Source: an uncultured Bacteroidales bacterium
GTDB taxonomy: Bacteria; Bacteroidota; Bacteroidia; Bacteroidales; VadinHA17
Length of the DNA: 64,000 bases
Direction: 5' to 3'
Assembly (NCBI GenBank): GCA_942492865.1
Contig: OW818650.1
Location: 1,520,057 to 1,584,056, forward strand
Part shown: piece after piece, positions 9,996 through 19,433 of the stretch
Layout of the letters: each line of letters opens with the position of its first letter
Position numbering within the stretch: position 1 is the first letter of the stretch
The notes under the pieces: generated by a model
The model's database searches: none
Told to the model about the DNA's origin: nothing
Seen by the model: only the letters and a program-made list of their open reading frames with translations
Translations under genes and position numbers: made by a program

Positions 9996-11831
9996 ATGCA
10001 CAGTCCGATACGTGCAGTCTTTTTATTTTGCATTATTCTATCATTGCTGACCGGAAAATCATCATTTGCGGGTTCCCGGCATCAACATGAGATGTCGCTC
10101 GAAGGGATTATTCTTAACGGCGATTCCTTAATTTCAATAAGTGAAGGAACAAATGGTCCGGGCAGTGAAATGGTAATCGGTTATGATAACAATGATGTAA
10201 GATTTGAATTAAGTGCACCCGGCGATTATGAATTCCGCTACTTTCTTAAAGGATTTGATAAAAAAGATACCAAATGGCAGAATACAACCTATAAGGAATA
10301 CACCAACCTAAGGGCCGGGCATTATATTTTTCAGGTCAGTTCGCGTGATCAGGCAGGGAATGAAAAGGATTCGCTGTCATTTGAGTTTAGGGTTCTTCCT
10401 AAATGGTATTTTTCATATCCGGCAATAGTGATGTACCTGGTGCTGGCTTCTCTCATAGTATGGTCATTGTATAATTATCTGAGACTCAGGTTTGCAAAGG
10501 TACAGTACACTCTCGAACAAATCATTAACCAGCGAACCGAGGACCTGATACTTGCCAAGGAAAAAACAGAAGCTTTGCTGGCAAATGTGCTGCCGAAAGA
10601 TACTGCGCAGGAGCTCATGGCAAAAGGCAAAGCCACCAAGATTAAATACAATTTTGTTACGGTACTGTTTTCCGATATACAGGGATTCACCAAAATAGCT
10701 GAAGAGATGAATCCTGAAGTACTGATTGATGAACTTGATAAATTCTTTTTCCATTTTGATTCCGTTGTAGAAAAGTTTGGAATAGAAAAGATAAAGACTA
10801 TAGGTGACGCATACATGTGTGCAGGAGGTATCCCGGAGAAGAACAGGACCAATCCCATTGAAGTTATCCTGGCTGCAATTGAAATGCAGAATTACATGAA
10901 TGACCTCAAAGAAGCCTCAAAGCTGATAGGTATAAAATACTGGGATATACGCATAGGGATACATACGGGAACAGTGGTTGCAGGAGTTGTCGGACAAAAG
11001 AAACTATCCTACGATATCTGGGGAGATACAGTAAATACAGCCAGCAGGATGGAATCGGCAGGGGAGGCGGGTAAAATAAATATTTCCGGTACCACCTATG
11101 AATTCGTCAAGGAATTTTTTGTATGTGAACATCGCGGTAAAATGCCTGTCAAGTACAAAGGTGAGCTTGACATGTATTTTGTGGAAGGGATCATTCCGGG
11201 ATTGAGAGATGAAAAGGGAAATCCGAACAGGCAGTTCATGCTTAAGATGCAGCTCATAAAACTGCAGGACATAGAGGAGATCATCTCAAAATTATTTGAC
11301 GATGAGGCATCGCCGAACCTCTATTTCCATAATTCCTCACTTTTCAGAAATATTGTGAATTCTGTTGAAATCCTTTCAAACGCAGAAATCGTTTTTCTTG
11401 AAGATTACATAAACCTGAAGCTTGCATCTATATTCCTGCTGACAGGATTTATTTCCGACTATCATAAGCCAATGGAGGCTTCTCTCAGGCTTGTTGATGA
11501 GATCCTTCCAAAGTACGGGTTTGATGACAGAAATATTGAAGTAACTAAAAAGCTTATTTGCAATTCGTTCATGAATGTGCACGAATCATTGCAGGATAAG
11601 ATCCTGCACGATGCGCTATATGAGTATATGGGCCGGGTAGACTATATAAAACTGACTGAAAAGCTTCTAAGGGAGAGGGCCGAATACGGGATGATCTCTG
11701 ATAATAAAACATGGATCGAATCGCAGCAAAAGCAGCTTGCTGATCATAATTTTCTGACCGGGACCGCTAAATTGTTGAGAAGTAAATCAATTGAAGATCA
11801 GATCTCCGAACTTCAGTCAGCGGTTAAATAA
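9996..11831 (+). CDS. Membrane class III adenylate cyclase: signal peptide, Y_Y_Y domain, TM, coiled coil, cyclase, degenerate HD domain (cyclase B)
   Basis: Y_Y_Y-like FRYFLKGFD...YTNLRAGHYIFQV, TM AIVMYLVLASLIVWSL, canonical cyclase VLFSDI/EKIKTIGD/YDIWGDTVNTASR. The HD-like tail has the HD pair replaced by LL (11436-11441). Confidence 0.9.
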   Translation: MHSPIRAVFLFCIILSLLTGKSSFAGSRHQHEMSLEGIILNGDSLISISEGTNGPGSEMVIGYDNNDVRFELSAPGDYEFRYFLKGFDKKDTKWQNTTYKEYTNLRAGHYIFQVSSRDQAGNEKDSLSFEFRVLPKWYFSYPAIVMYLVLASLIVWSLYNYLRLRFAKVQYTLEQIINQRTEDLILAKEKTEALLANVLPKDTAQELMAKGKATKIKYNFVTVLFSDIQGFTKIAEEMNPEVLIDELDKFFFHFDSVVEKFGIEKIKTIGDAYMCAGGIPEKNRTNPIEVILAAIEMQNYMNDLKEASKLIGIKYWDIRIGIHTGTVVAGVVGQKKLSYDIWGDTVNTASRMESAGEAGKINISGTTYEFVKEFFVCEHRGKMPVKYKGELDMYFVEGIIPGLRDEKGNPNRQFMLKMQLIKLQDIEEIISKLFDDEASPNLYFHNSSLFRNIVNSVEILSNAEIVFLEDYINLKLASIFLLTGFISDYHKPMEASLRLVDEILPKYGFDDRNIEVTKKLICNSFMNVHESLQDKILHDALYEYMGRVDYIKLTEKLLRERAEYGMISDNKTWIESQQKQLADHNFLTGTAKLLRSKSIEDQISELQSAVK

Positions 11832-11875
11832 ATCCTTTTTCCTTCTGAAAGCAGATAATTTTAGTATTAAAAATG

Positions 11876-11883
11876 TACTTTTG
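11876..11883 (+). promoter_or_regulatory. -7 element TACTTTTG upstream of ilvE
   Basis: Matches TAnnTTTG, 26 nt before the ATG. Confidence 0.6.
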
Positions 11884-11909
11884 CGTATTCTTGATTTAAA
11901 GTATTTTAT

Positions 11910-12929
11910 ATGGAAAAGTTGGATTGGAAAAATCTGCCTTTTGGTTACATGAAGACAGATTATAATGTTCGTTGTATTTTTAAGAACGGTGAGTGGGGAA
12001 AGCTTGAAATATCCTCGTCGGAGTATATTGACATTCATATTGCATCAACAGCCCTGCATTATGGGCAGGAGGCATTTGAAGGTCTGAAAGCCTATATGGG
12101 CAAAGATGGGAAAATAAGACTCTTCAGATGGCAGCAAAATTCGAAAAGGCTGATCCATTCATCCGAAGGCATTAAGATGCCCGCTCTCCCTGAAGAAAGG
12201 TTTAAAGAGGCAATTACTAAAGTTATAGAATTAAACAAAAGATTCGTCCCGCCATACGGTTCGGGAGCAACACTTTATATCAGGCCATTGATGTTTGGAA
12301 GCGGAGCTGAAGTAGGTGTTAAACCGGCAACTGAATACACTTTCATCGTTTTCGTCACTCCGGTAGGCCCTTATTTTAAAGAAGGAGTCAAACCTGTGAA
12401 CATGATGATATGCAGGGAGTATGACAGGGCCGCTCCCCTGGGTACAGGGACATACAAGGTGGGAGGAAATTATGCAGCGAGCCTAAGAGCCATTGAAGCT
12501 GGTCATTCAGCAGGTTTTTCCAATGTTATTTTTCTTGATGCGAGAGAAAAGAAGTATGTTGACGAATGTGGGCCGGCCAACTTTTTTGGTATCAAGGATA
12601 ATACATATATAACACCTAAATCGGAATCCATACTCGGCTCCGTAACCAATATGAGCCTGATTGAGATTGCACAGAGCCTTGGCATGAAGACTGAACGCAG
12701 ACCGGTACCAGTGGAGGAGCTTGCAACTTTTACTGAAGCAGGAGCATGTGGAACAGCAGCAGTTATAAGCCCTATTGCAAAGATCTTTGATCCTCAGACC
12801 AACGCTGTTTATGAATATTGTAAAAACGGACAGACCGGAGAGGCCATAATGAAGCTTTATAATAAACTTGTTGCCATCCAGTGCGGTGATGCAACCGATG
12901 AATTCGGATGGATAACAATAGTTGAATAG
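11910..12929 (+). CDS. ilvE: Branched-chain amino acid aminotransferase
   Basis: LHYGQEAFEGLKAY, YIRP, KVGGNYAAS (PLP Lys), EAGACGTAAVISP. Confidence 0.96.
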   Translation: MEKLDWKNLPFGYMKTDYNVRCIFKNGEWGKLEISSSEYIDIHIASTALHYGQEAFEGLKAYMGKDGKIRLFRWQQNSKRLIHSSEGIKMPALPEERFKEAITKVIELNKRFVPPYGSGATLYIRPLMFGSGAEVGVKPATEYTFIVFVTPVGPYFKEGVKPVNMMICREYDRAAPLGTGTYKVGGNYAASLRAIEAGHSAGFSNVIFLDAREKKYVDECGPANFFGIKDNTYITPKSESILGSVTNMSLIEIAQSLGMKTERRPVPVEELATFTEAGACGTAAVISPIAKIFDPQTNAVYEYCKNGQTGEAIMKLYNKLVAIQCGDATDEFGWITIVE

Positions 12930-12970
12930 TAATCCCGGGAAAACCGGTCAAAGCGAAAACTCATAAGCTC

Positions 12971-13849
12971 TTGAAAGGAAAAGATACAGGTTTGTCAAAA
13001 GGGAAGTTAAGGAGCTCCTACCTTACGCTTGTAATAAGCGTATCGCTTGTGCTGTTCTTACTTGGCATTCTTGGCCTGGTGCTCATCAATGCAAAGGAAT
13101 TGTCAGAATATTTCAGAGAAAGCCTTTCATTTTCGGTTATGCTGGCCGACGATGCCAAGGAAGCTGACATAAGGATGCTTCAAAAAGACCTGGATGCAAA
13201 GAAATATGTAAAAGCGACCGACTACATTTCCAAAGAGGAAGCTGCAATTAAGATGAAAGATGAACTTGGAGAGGACTTCATCAGTTTTCTTGGAGACAAT
13301 CCCCTTCCTCCTTCCATTGATGTTTATCTGTATTCATCTTACACGCTTCCCGACAGTGTTGCCAAAATTGAAAAGTATATTCTGGAATATCCATTTGTAA
13401 AGGAAGTTTACTACCAGGAATCATTATTGTTCCTTATAAATGAAAATGTGAAAAAGATAAGCGTTTTCCTGCTGATAATAAGTTCATTCCTCTTCCTGAT
13501 TGCCCTTACCATCATTAATAACACAGTAAGGCTTGCAATCTACTCAAAGAGATTTCTGATCAGGACCATGCAGCTGGTTGGAGCTACCAAATCTTTCATA
13601 AGGAAACCTTTTCTTCTGCAGAGCGCCATACACGGACTTATTGCAGCACTTCTTGCAATGACTCTTCTTCTGGGCCTTCTTTACCTTATAGAAAAGGAAT
13701 TTTTCATGATGTTCACTTTTCAAAGTATTAATTCATTGCTCCTACTGGGTGCGTTTATTATAATGACCGGTGTATTGATCAATATTGTATCAACATTTTT
13801 TTCTGTTAACAGGTATTTAAGTATTTCAGAAGACGAACTTTATTATTGA
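12971..13849 (+). CDS. ftsX: Cell division permease FtsX
   Basis: N-terminal TM, DNPLPPSIDVYL, IRTMQLVGATKSFIRKPF, three C-terminal TMs. Confidence 0.93.
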   Translation: MKGKDTGLSKGKLRSSYLTLVISVSLVLFLLGILGLVLINAKELSEYFRESLSFSVMLADDAKEADIRMLQKDLDAKKYVKATDYISKEEAAIKMKDELGEDFISFLGDNPLPPSIDVYLYSSYTLPDSVAKIEKYILEYPFVKEVYYQESLLFLINENVKKISVFLLIISSFLFLIALTIINNTVRLAIYSKRFLIRTMQLVGATKSFIRKPFLLQSAIHGLIAALLAMTLLLGLLYLIEKEFFMMFTFQSINSLLLLGAFIIMTGVLINIVSTFFSVNRYLSISEDELYY

Positions 13850-13856
13850 AATTATT

Positions 13857-14117
13857 ATGGCCGCAAAAAATGAAAAAAAGGAAAAAATAAATTTTGCCCT
13901 TGGGCGGGAAAACTATAAGTTACTGGCTATAGGTTTTGCTATCATAGTTATCGGATTCCTTCTGATGCTTGGTGGTAAATCGGAAAGTCCGGATGTCTTC
14001 AGCGATGATATTTTCAGCTTCAGAAGAATTACATTGGCCCCGGTAGTTGTTCTTGCAGGTTTTGTCTTCGAAATATGGGCAATAATGAAGAAACCGAAAG
14101 ATCATTTAAGTGACTAA
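13857..14117 (+). CDS. DUF3098-like small membrane protein
   Basis: FALGRENYKLLAIG...FSFRRITLAP; conserved position after ftsX in Bacteroidetes. Confidence 0.85.
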   Translation: MAAKNEKKEKINFALGRENYKLLAIGFAIIVIGFLLMLGGKSESPDVFSDDIFSFRRITLAPVVVLAGFVFEIWAIMKKPKDHLSD

Positions 14118-14147
14118 AGTGACTAAAGTGACTAAAGTGACTAAAGT
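14108..14147. repeat. Tandem repeat (AAGTGACTA)x4 + AAGT, flanked by TCATTTAA direct repeats (14102-14109 and 14151-14158)
   Basis: Read directly from the sequence; overlaps the DUF3098 stop codon. Confidence 0.95.
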
Positions 14148-14190
14148 TGGTCATTTAATAAGATTTGCCTCACTATAGGCATTTTATTTA

Positions 14191-14901
14191 ATGGAAACTG
14201 AAATAAAAAGTATATATGAGGAGGGTCAGATCCTGCTATTTGATAAGCCGCTTTACTGGACCTCCTTCGATCTTGTCAATAAAGTAAGGCTGATAATCCG
14301 GAGCAATTTAGGGATCCGGAAAATTAAGGTAGGGCATGCCGGAACACTAGATCCGCTTGCCAGCGGTCTTATGATAATCTGCACAGGAAAATTCACAAAG
14401 AAAATTGACGAGTTCCGGGACCTTGACAAGGAGTACGTTTCAACAATTCACCTCGGAGAAACAACACCATCGTATGATCTTGAAACAGAAGTCGACGGTC
14501 ATTACCCTACAGAACATATTACCGAAGAGATTGTTAATAAGGTACTAATGGATTTCAAAGGCAAACAGGAACAAATACCTCCTCTACATTCGGCGAAGAT
14601 GATTGACGGGAAAAGGGCATACAGTTACGCAAGAAAAGGAATAGAAAGAGTGCTTGAACCTGTAACAGTATATTTTCATGATATTGAATTGCTTACGTTC
14701 GGCATCCCTGAAATTAAAGTAAGGCTGCGCTGCAGCAAAGGGACTTATATACGTTCTTTTGCAAAAGATTTCGGACAGGCTCTGAACAGCGGGGCATATT
14801 TATCAGGATTGATCAGGACTTCCATTGGCTCTTTCAAACTGAAAGATGCAATAACGATAGAAAAATTTGAGGAAAAACTCAAGGAAATGAAACAAATCTG
14901 A
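14191..14901 (+). CDS. truB: tRNA pseudouridine(55) synthase
   Basis: DKPLYWTSFD, KVGHAGTLDPLASG, CSKGTYIRS. Confidence 0.96.
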   Translation: METEIKSIYEEGQILLFDKPLYWTSFDLVNKVRLIIRSNLGIRKIKVGHAGTLDPLASGLMIICTGKFTKKIDEFRDLDKEYVSTIHLGETTPSYDLETEVDGHYPTEHITEEIVNKVLMDFKGKQEQIPPLHSAKMIDGKRAYSYARKGIERVLEPVTVYFHDIELLTFGIPEIKVRLRCSKGTYIRSFAKDFGQALNSGAYLSGLIRTSIGSFKLKDAITIEKFEEKLKEMKQI

Positions 14902-14947
14902 AAAATTTACGTATAACGGTTTCTTTTAATATAATTCTTTTAAAAAT

Positions 14948-15997
14948 ATGAAATTATCTCAATTCAAGTACACCTTGCCTCCGGATCTTATTGCTCTTTA
15001 CCCGTCAGATAACAGGGATGAGTCGCGTTTATTTGTAGTGGACAGGAAATCAGGAAAATTTGAGCACAGGATCTTTAAAGATATAACAGATTATTTCAGT
15101 GAGGACGATATACTTGTTTTTAATAATACTAAAGTTTTTCCTGCCCGGTTATATGGTAATAAGGAAAAGACAGGAGCTGAGATCGAAGTTTTTCTTTTAC
15201 GTGAACTGAACCGTGAGCAACGACTCTGGGACGTGCTTGTAGATCCGGCCAGGAAAATAAGGATCGGAAATAAACTCTATTTCGGCGAAGATGATCTGCT
15301 GGTGGCTGAGGTAATAGATAATACCACCTCGCGCGGCAGAACTCTGAGGTTTCTTTTTGACGGTTCATACGAGGAGTTCAAACAGACTCTTTACAGCCTC
15401 GGAAAAACTCCTCTGCCCAAATTCATAAACAGACCAGTGGAGCCCGAAGACAATGAAAGATATCAGACCATTTTTGCAAAGCACGAGGGAGCTGTTGCAG
15501 CACCTACAGCCGGACTTCACTTCAGCAGGGAGCTGCTGAAAAAGCTTGAGATAAAGGGAGTTGAATTTGCCGAGATAACACTCCACGTGGGACTTGGAAA
15601 TTTCAGGAGCGTCGATGTTGAAGATCTGACAAAGCATAAGGTTGATTCTGAAAGGATCATAATCAACGATAAAGCCGTTGATATAGTCAACAAGGCCAAA
15701 GACAGGAAGTCAAAGATCTGTGCCGTGGGGACAACCGTTGTCAGGACCCTCGAAAGCTCGGTCTCAACCGATGGCTATCTGAAACCCTACGATGGCTGGA
15801 CAAACAAGTTCATCTTTCCTCCATACGATTTCAAGGTTCCTGATATGATGATCAGCAATTTCCACCTGCCATATTCAACACTTCTTATGATGGTAGCCGC
15901 ATTCGGCGGTTTTGATCTGGTAATGGATGCCTATAAACATGCCATTAAAGAGAAATACAGATTCGGAACCTATGGCGATGCAATGCTTGTATTATAA
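14948..15997 (+). CDS. queA: S-adenosylmethionine:tRNA ribosyltransferase-isomerase
   Basis: [56 protein letters not shown]. Confidence 0.97.
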   Translation: MKLSQFKYTLPPDLIALYPSDNRDESRLFVVDRKSGKFEHRIFKDITDYFSEDDILVFNNTKVFPARLYGNKEKTGAEIEVFLLRELNREQRLWDVLVDPARKIRIGNKLYFGEDDLLVAEVIDNTTSRGRTLRFLFDGSYEEFKQTLYSLGKTPLPKFINRPVEPEDNERYQTIFAKHEGAVAAPTAGLHFSRELLKKLEIKGVEFAEITLHVGLGNFRSVDVEDLTKHKVDSERIIINDKAVDIVNKAKDRKSKICAVGTTVVRTLESSVSTDGYLKPYDGWTNKFIFPPYDFKVPDMMISNFHLPYSTLLMMVAAFGGFDLVMDAYKHAIKEKYRFGTYGDAMLVL

Positions 15998-16006
15998 ACC
16001 GGAGTT

Positions 16007-16894
16007 TTATTTCCTTAACAGATAAATAAGTGAGCTGCTCTTCTTCACATTGAACATCGATTTCAGAAAGAAGATCTTCCCTTTGATCATGCCGGTAACA
16101 AAAGAAAAGCGGTTACCTTTATATTTCTCACTCAGTGCGGAGATATAAAATGCATCGAAAGGCATGTTTTTGATCCCCTTACATTCGAATCCGGCTTTCT
16201 GAAGAAAATGACCGAATGAGGATGGATTAAAATGCCAGATATGTCGGGGCACATCATAAGCTGCCCAGTATTTGCCATAATGAATCGCATCGTACGAGTT
16301 GTTGTTTGGCAGGGCAACAATGCATGAACCACCCGGTTTCAGGAGGCTCATAATCCGGGGAAAATATATGTAAGGATCGTGAAAATGTTCCAGTACATGC
16401 CATAGAGTTATGCAGTCGTAGCTTTGAGAAGGAATAAAATCTATCTGAGCGGGTGTGAATACCTTCAGGTTAAACTTTGAAACAGCAGATGCCCGTGCCC
16501 TTTCATCAGTCTCAATACCTGTGACCTGCCATCCTGCCTTCTTCATCGCTGCTGCAAAATATCCTGTTCCGCATCCGACATCAAGAAGAGCGCCTTTTTT
16601 AAGACCGGTCTGTTGCCGCACAAGCTCCGTCTTTTTCATTAACATAAAACTACGTGCCAGCTTATAAAGCTTGTTGGATATTCCTTTAGAGGTGTCGCTG
16701 TGTGAAATGTATTCTTCCGAACTGTAATACCTTGTCATTTCGGATTCATGAGGATGATCCTGGGTGAAGCAGGTTTCACAAACGGCACATTTATACAAGG
16801 CAAAGCTTTCTCCGCTTACAAAATGATCGTTGCAAACCATGTGCTCCGAAATCTTCTCCGAGTAACAGATTGGGCAATTGGTATAGACAGCCAT
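16007..16894 (-). CDS. Class I SAM-dependent methyltransferase with N-terminal Cys motif
   Basis: LLDVGCGTG, CITLWHVLEH, N-terminal CPIC..C..C. Likely start is ATG 16894, 1 nt after the yfhO stop; the track start is 16921. Confidence 0.88.
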   Translation of the reverse strand: MAVYTNCPICYSEKISEHMVCNDHFVSGESFALYKCAVCETCFTQDHPHESEMTRYYSSEEYISHSDTSKGISNKLYKLARSFMLMKKTELVRQQTGLKKGALLDVGCGTGYFAAAMKKAGWQVTGIETDERARASAVSKFNLKVFTPAQIDFIPSQSYDCITLWHVLEHFHDPYIYFPRIMSLLKPGGSCIVALPNNNSYDAIHYGKYWAAYDVPRHIWHFNPSSFGHFLQKAGFECKGIKNMPFDAFYISALSEKYKGNRFSFVTGMIKGKIFFLKSMFNVKKSSSLIYLLRK

Positions 16895-16895
16895 T

Positions 16896-19361
16896 CTACC
16901 TGGTTTTACTCCATTTAACAATTCCGGCAGTGATATAGCCCAGTATCAGCAGGATAAGCAAAACGGAGCTCGCCAGTGAAATTTTATTTCCTGTTATATA
17001 TGATTCAGGGTTAAAAGAAAAACGTATTTCATGTTCTCCCGCAGGTACGATCATGCCGCGCAGTACATAATTTGTACGGAAATGGGCAACTTCTTTCCCG
17101 TCAATAAAGCTCTTCCATCCTTCAGGATAATAGATCTCAGAAAAGACAGTAAGTCTTTCATTACCGGTCGAATATCTGTATATCAGCTCATTAGCCTTGT
17201 AGGAAGAGAGCCATATAGTGTCTGATGCCATTCCAGGGTACCGGCTGCCGGGTATAAGATCTTTAAAACGGACGTCGACGATTGCCTCTGATGAAGGATC
17301 GAAGCTGTTGATCGCCGAGATCTCCTTTTCAGCGTTTTCGACAAATATCGGGTTTTCTGCAAACCAGGCATTTCCGAGAGCATAAGGATTGATAAGGGGA
17401 GGCGCTTCGGGAACAACAATGGCATACCTGGTATTCAGCATATTAAGTGAATTGGTAGTCCTGAAAACTCCGGTAAAGGCGTTCTGTAGCTCTTCAATTG
17501 ACTTGGCATTCCTGACAGAGGCTTCAAAAGACATGATATCCCTGCTTACCGCCGAGTCAATCAGCTCCTGGTACCTGCGAAGCTTGGCTCCATGATAACC
17601 TCCGATGGAGTGGTGAAAATATGAAGTTGGAGAGTTGTCGTTGAAAGTTGAGACGCTCATGTTCAATACCCTGTTTTCAGAAGGATCCTTCAGAATAAAT
17701 GCATCTGCTGCCGAGGGAGTTAAAGATTTCTGGATGGCAGAGGGCCTTTCAAACCGGTCAGCATTCAGGTACCTTTTATCGATACCCCACATATCCAGAA
17801 TAATAAGTAAGGCCAGGATCAGAATTGAGTACTCTTTTCGGAGCTTATCATAAAGAAAAGATATAATTGTAATACCCGCCGCAACTATGAAAAACAACGA
17901 TCTCAGACTGTCATTTATTAAGAGCTCTTTCCTGTCGGCAATAATAGCATTCCTTAACCAGTCGGGGAAAACGCTTTCATGCGGATTCATGAAAGAACCG
18001 GCTATCCCCGGGATCGTAATGAACAGGATCAGCAGGCCAAGCGCTATCCCGCCGGAAATCTTAAAACCTTTTATAATATCTTTTTTCAGAAGAGAACCGT
18101 TATAAATATCGCGCAGGGCTATTAAACCGAGCAAGGGTATGCAGAATTGAGCAATTACCAGCGCCATTGTTACTGCCCTGAACTTGTTGTAGCCCGGGAA
18201 ATATTCAATGAAAAAGTTGGTAAACGGCATGAAGTTTTTTCCCCAGGCAAGCATCACCGACAGCAGGGTTGCCGCTACCAGCCACCATTTTTCCCTTCCT
18301 TTAACAAGAACTATACCCAGGAGGAAAAGGAAGATTACGACAGCCCCTATATAATGCGGTCCGTCAGTCCCGGGCTGTGGACCCCAGTATTTAAGTATCT
18401 GGTTGGCATATTCAACAGCATTGTTCTGTTTTAATGCTTTGTAAGTTTCAGAATCACGATCAAAGGGTTTACTCGATCCGCCTCTGAAGTCGGGGACAAG
18501 AAGATTAAATGTTTCACCAACACCATAGCTCCAGGAAGTAATATAGTTTTTATCAAGCCCCGATGTTGCATTTTCATTATTTGCAGTCAGTTCCGATGCT
18601 CCTCTTATCGAGTATTTACCGTATTGATAAACAGTGTAAAGACTTGCAAAATTTATCCCTATTGCAATGACAAAGGGAATTACAAGGATGGCCGATGTTT
18701 TGAAGAATTTTGCCAGAGTTGATGATCTGAATGCATATATTAATTCAACAATAGCAAAAACAAGCAGGCACAGGAAACCATAATACGTTATCTGAGGATG
18801 ATTTGCCGTAATCTCCAGTGTCAGAATAAGAGCTGTAAGCAGCGCTCCTTTAACGGCATTGTACCTGTAGGCATAGTAAATGCTTCCTATCAAAGGAGCC
18901 ATGTAAACCAGGGCAATTGCCTGTGTGTTATGTCCTGCTGCCAGGATCTGGAAGAGGAATGCTGAAAGGCCGTAAGCTATGCTGCCCGTGATCGCCAGCC
19001 AGGGGTTAATACCAAATATCAGCAGCAGTATATAGAAGCCAGCCATGGCAAGGAACAGTACCGAAACAGGCATTTTGAAAACTCTCAGAAGGGTATCGAG
19101 CTTTTTGAAGAGGTTACCCGGGTACCTAGTCGAAATAAGATAAGCTGGCATTCCGCCGAAGATCGAATTGGTCCATAAGGGCTCCTCACCATATTTTTCG
19201 CGGTGATCCTGTATTTCTTTTGAATTGATCCTTGAAACCAATGAATCGTTTGCCCTGAGCACTTTTCCTTCAAGTACGGGATAAAAGTATGTAAATGAGA
19301 TTATTGCAAAAACTGCGAATGCAATCAGGTGAGGTATGGCGATTCTAAGTTTGTTTTTCAT
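16896..19361 (-). CDS. YfhO family membrane protein (GT-C fold glycosyltransferase-like)
   Basis: PLWTNSIFGGMPAY, ANHPQITYY, SIGGYHGAKLRRYQELI, C-terminal VFSEIYYPEGWK...NYVLRG; polytopic. Confidence 0.88.
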   Translation of the reverse strand: MKNKLRIAIPHLIAFAVFAIISFTYFYPVLEGKVLRANDSLVSRINSKEIQDHREKYGEEPLWTNSIFGGMPAYLISTRYPGNLFKKLDTLLRVFKMPVSVLFLAMAGFYILLLIFGINPWLAITGSIAYGLSAFLFQILAAGHNTQAIALVYMAPLIGSIYYAYRYNAVKGALLTALILTLEITANHPQITYYGFLCLLVFAIVELIYAFRSSTLAKFFKTSAILVIPFVIAIGINFASLYTVYQYGKYSIRGASELTANNENATSGLDKNYITSWSYGVGETFNLLVPDFRGGSSKPFDRDSETYKALKQNNAVEYANQILKYWGPQPGTDGPHYIGAVVIFLFLLGIVLVKGREKWWLVAATLLSVMLAWGKNFMPFTNFFIEYFPGYNKFRAVTMALVIAQFCIPLLGLIALRDIYNGSLLKKDIIKGFKISGGIALGLLILFITIPGIAGSFMNPHESVFPDWLRNAIIADRKELLINDSLRSLFFIVAAGITIISFLYDKLRKEYSILILALLIILDMWGIDKRYLNADRFERPSAIQKSLTPSAADAFILKDPSENRVLNMSVSTFNDNSPTSYFHHSIGGYHGAKLRRYQELIDSAVSRDIMSFEASVRNAKSIEELQNAFTGVFRTTNSLNMLNTRYAIVVPEAPPLINPYALGNAWFAENPIFVENAEKEISAINSFDPSSEAIVDVRFKDLIPGSRYPGMASDTIWLSSYKANELIYRYSTGNERLTVFSEIYYPEGWKSFIDGKEVAHFRTNYVLRGMIVPAGEHEIRFSFNPESYITGNKISLASSVLLILLILGYITAGIVKWSKTR

Positions 19362-19382
19362 GACTCAGGATATTTTGACTTT

Positions 19383-19390
19383 CAAAGTTA
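19383..19390 (-). promoter_or_regulatory. -7 element TAACTTTG upstream of yfhO
   Basis: Matches TAnnTTTG, 21 nt before the start. Confidence 0.55.
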
Positions 19391-19433
19391 ACAGGAAATG
19401 CGTTTTAGTGGTTAGGGCCGGGATAAAAAGCTT

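Noticed and set aside
5572-11831. Pycsar/CBASS-type anti-phage system
   Set aside because: Both cyclases keep the adenine-specific K/D residues. No TIR, 2TM or nuclease effector is adjacent, and the neighbours are housekeeping genes.
14108-14147. CRISPR array
   Set aside because: 9-bp units with no spacers, and no cas genes
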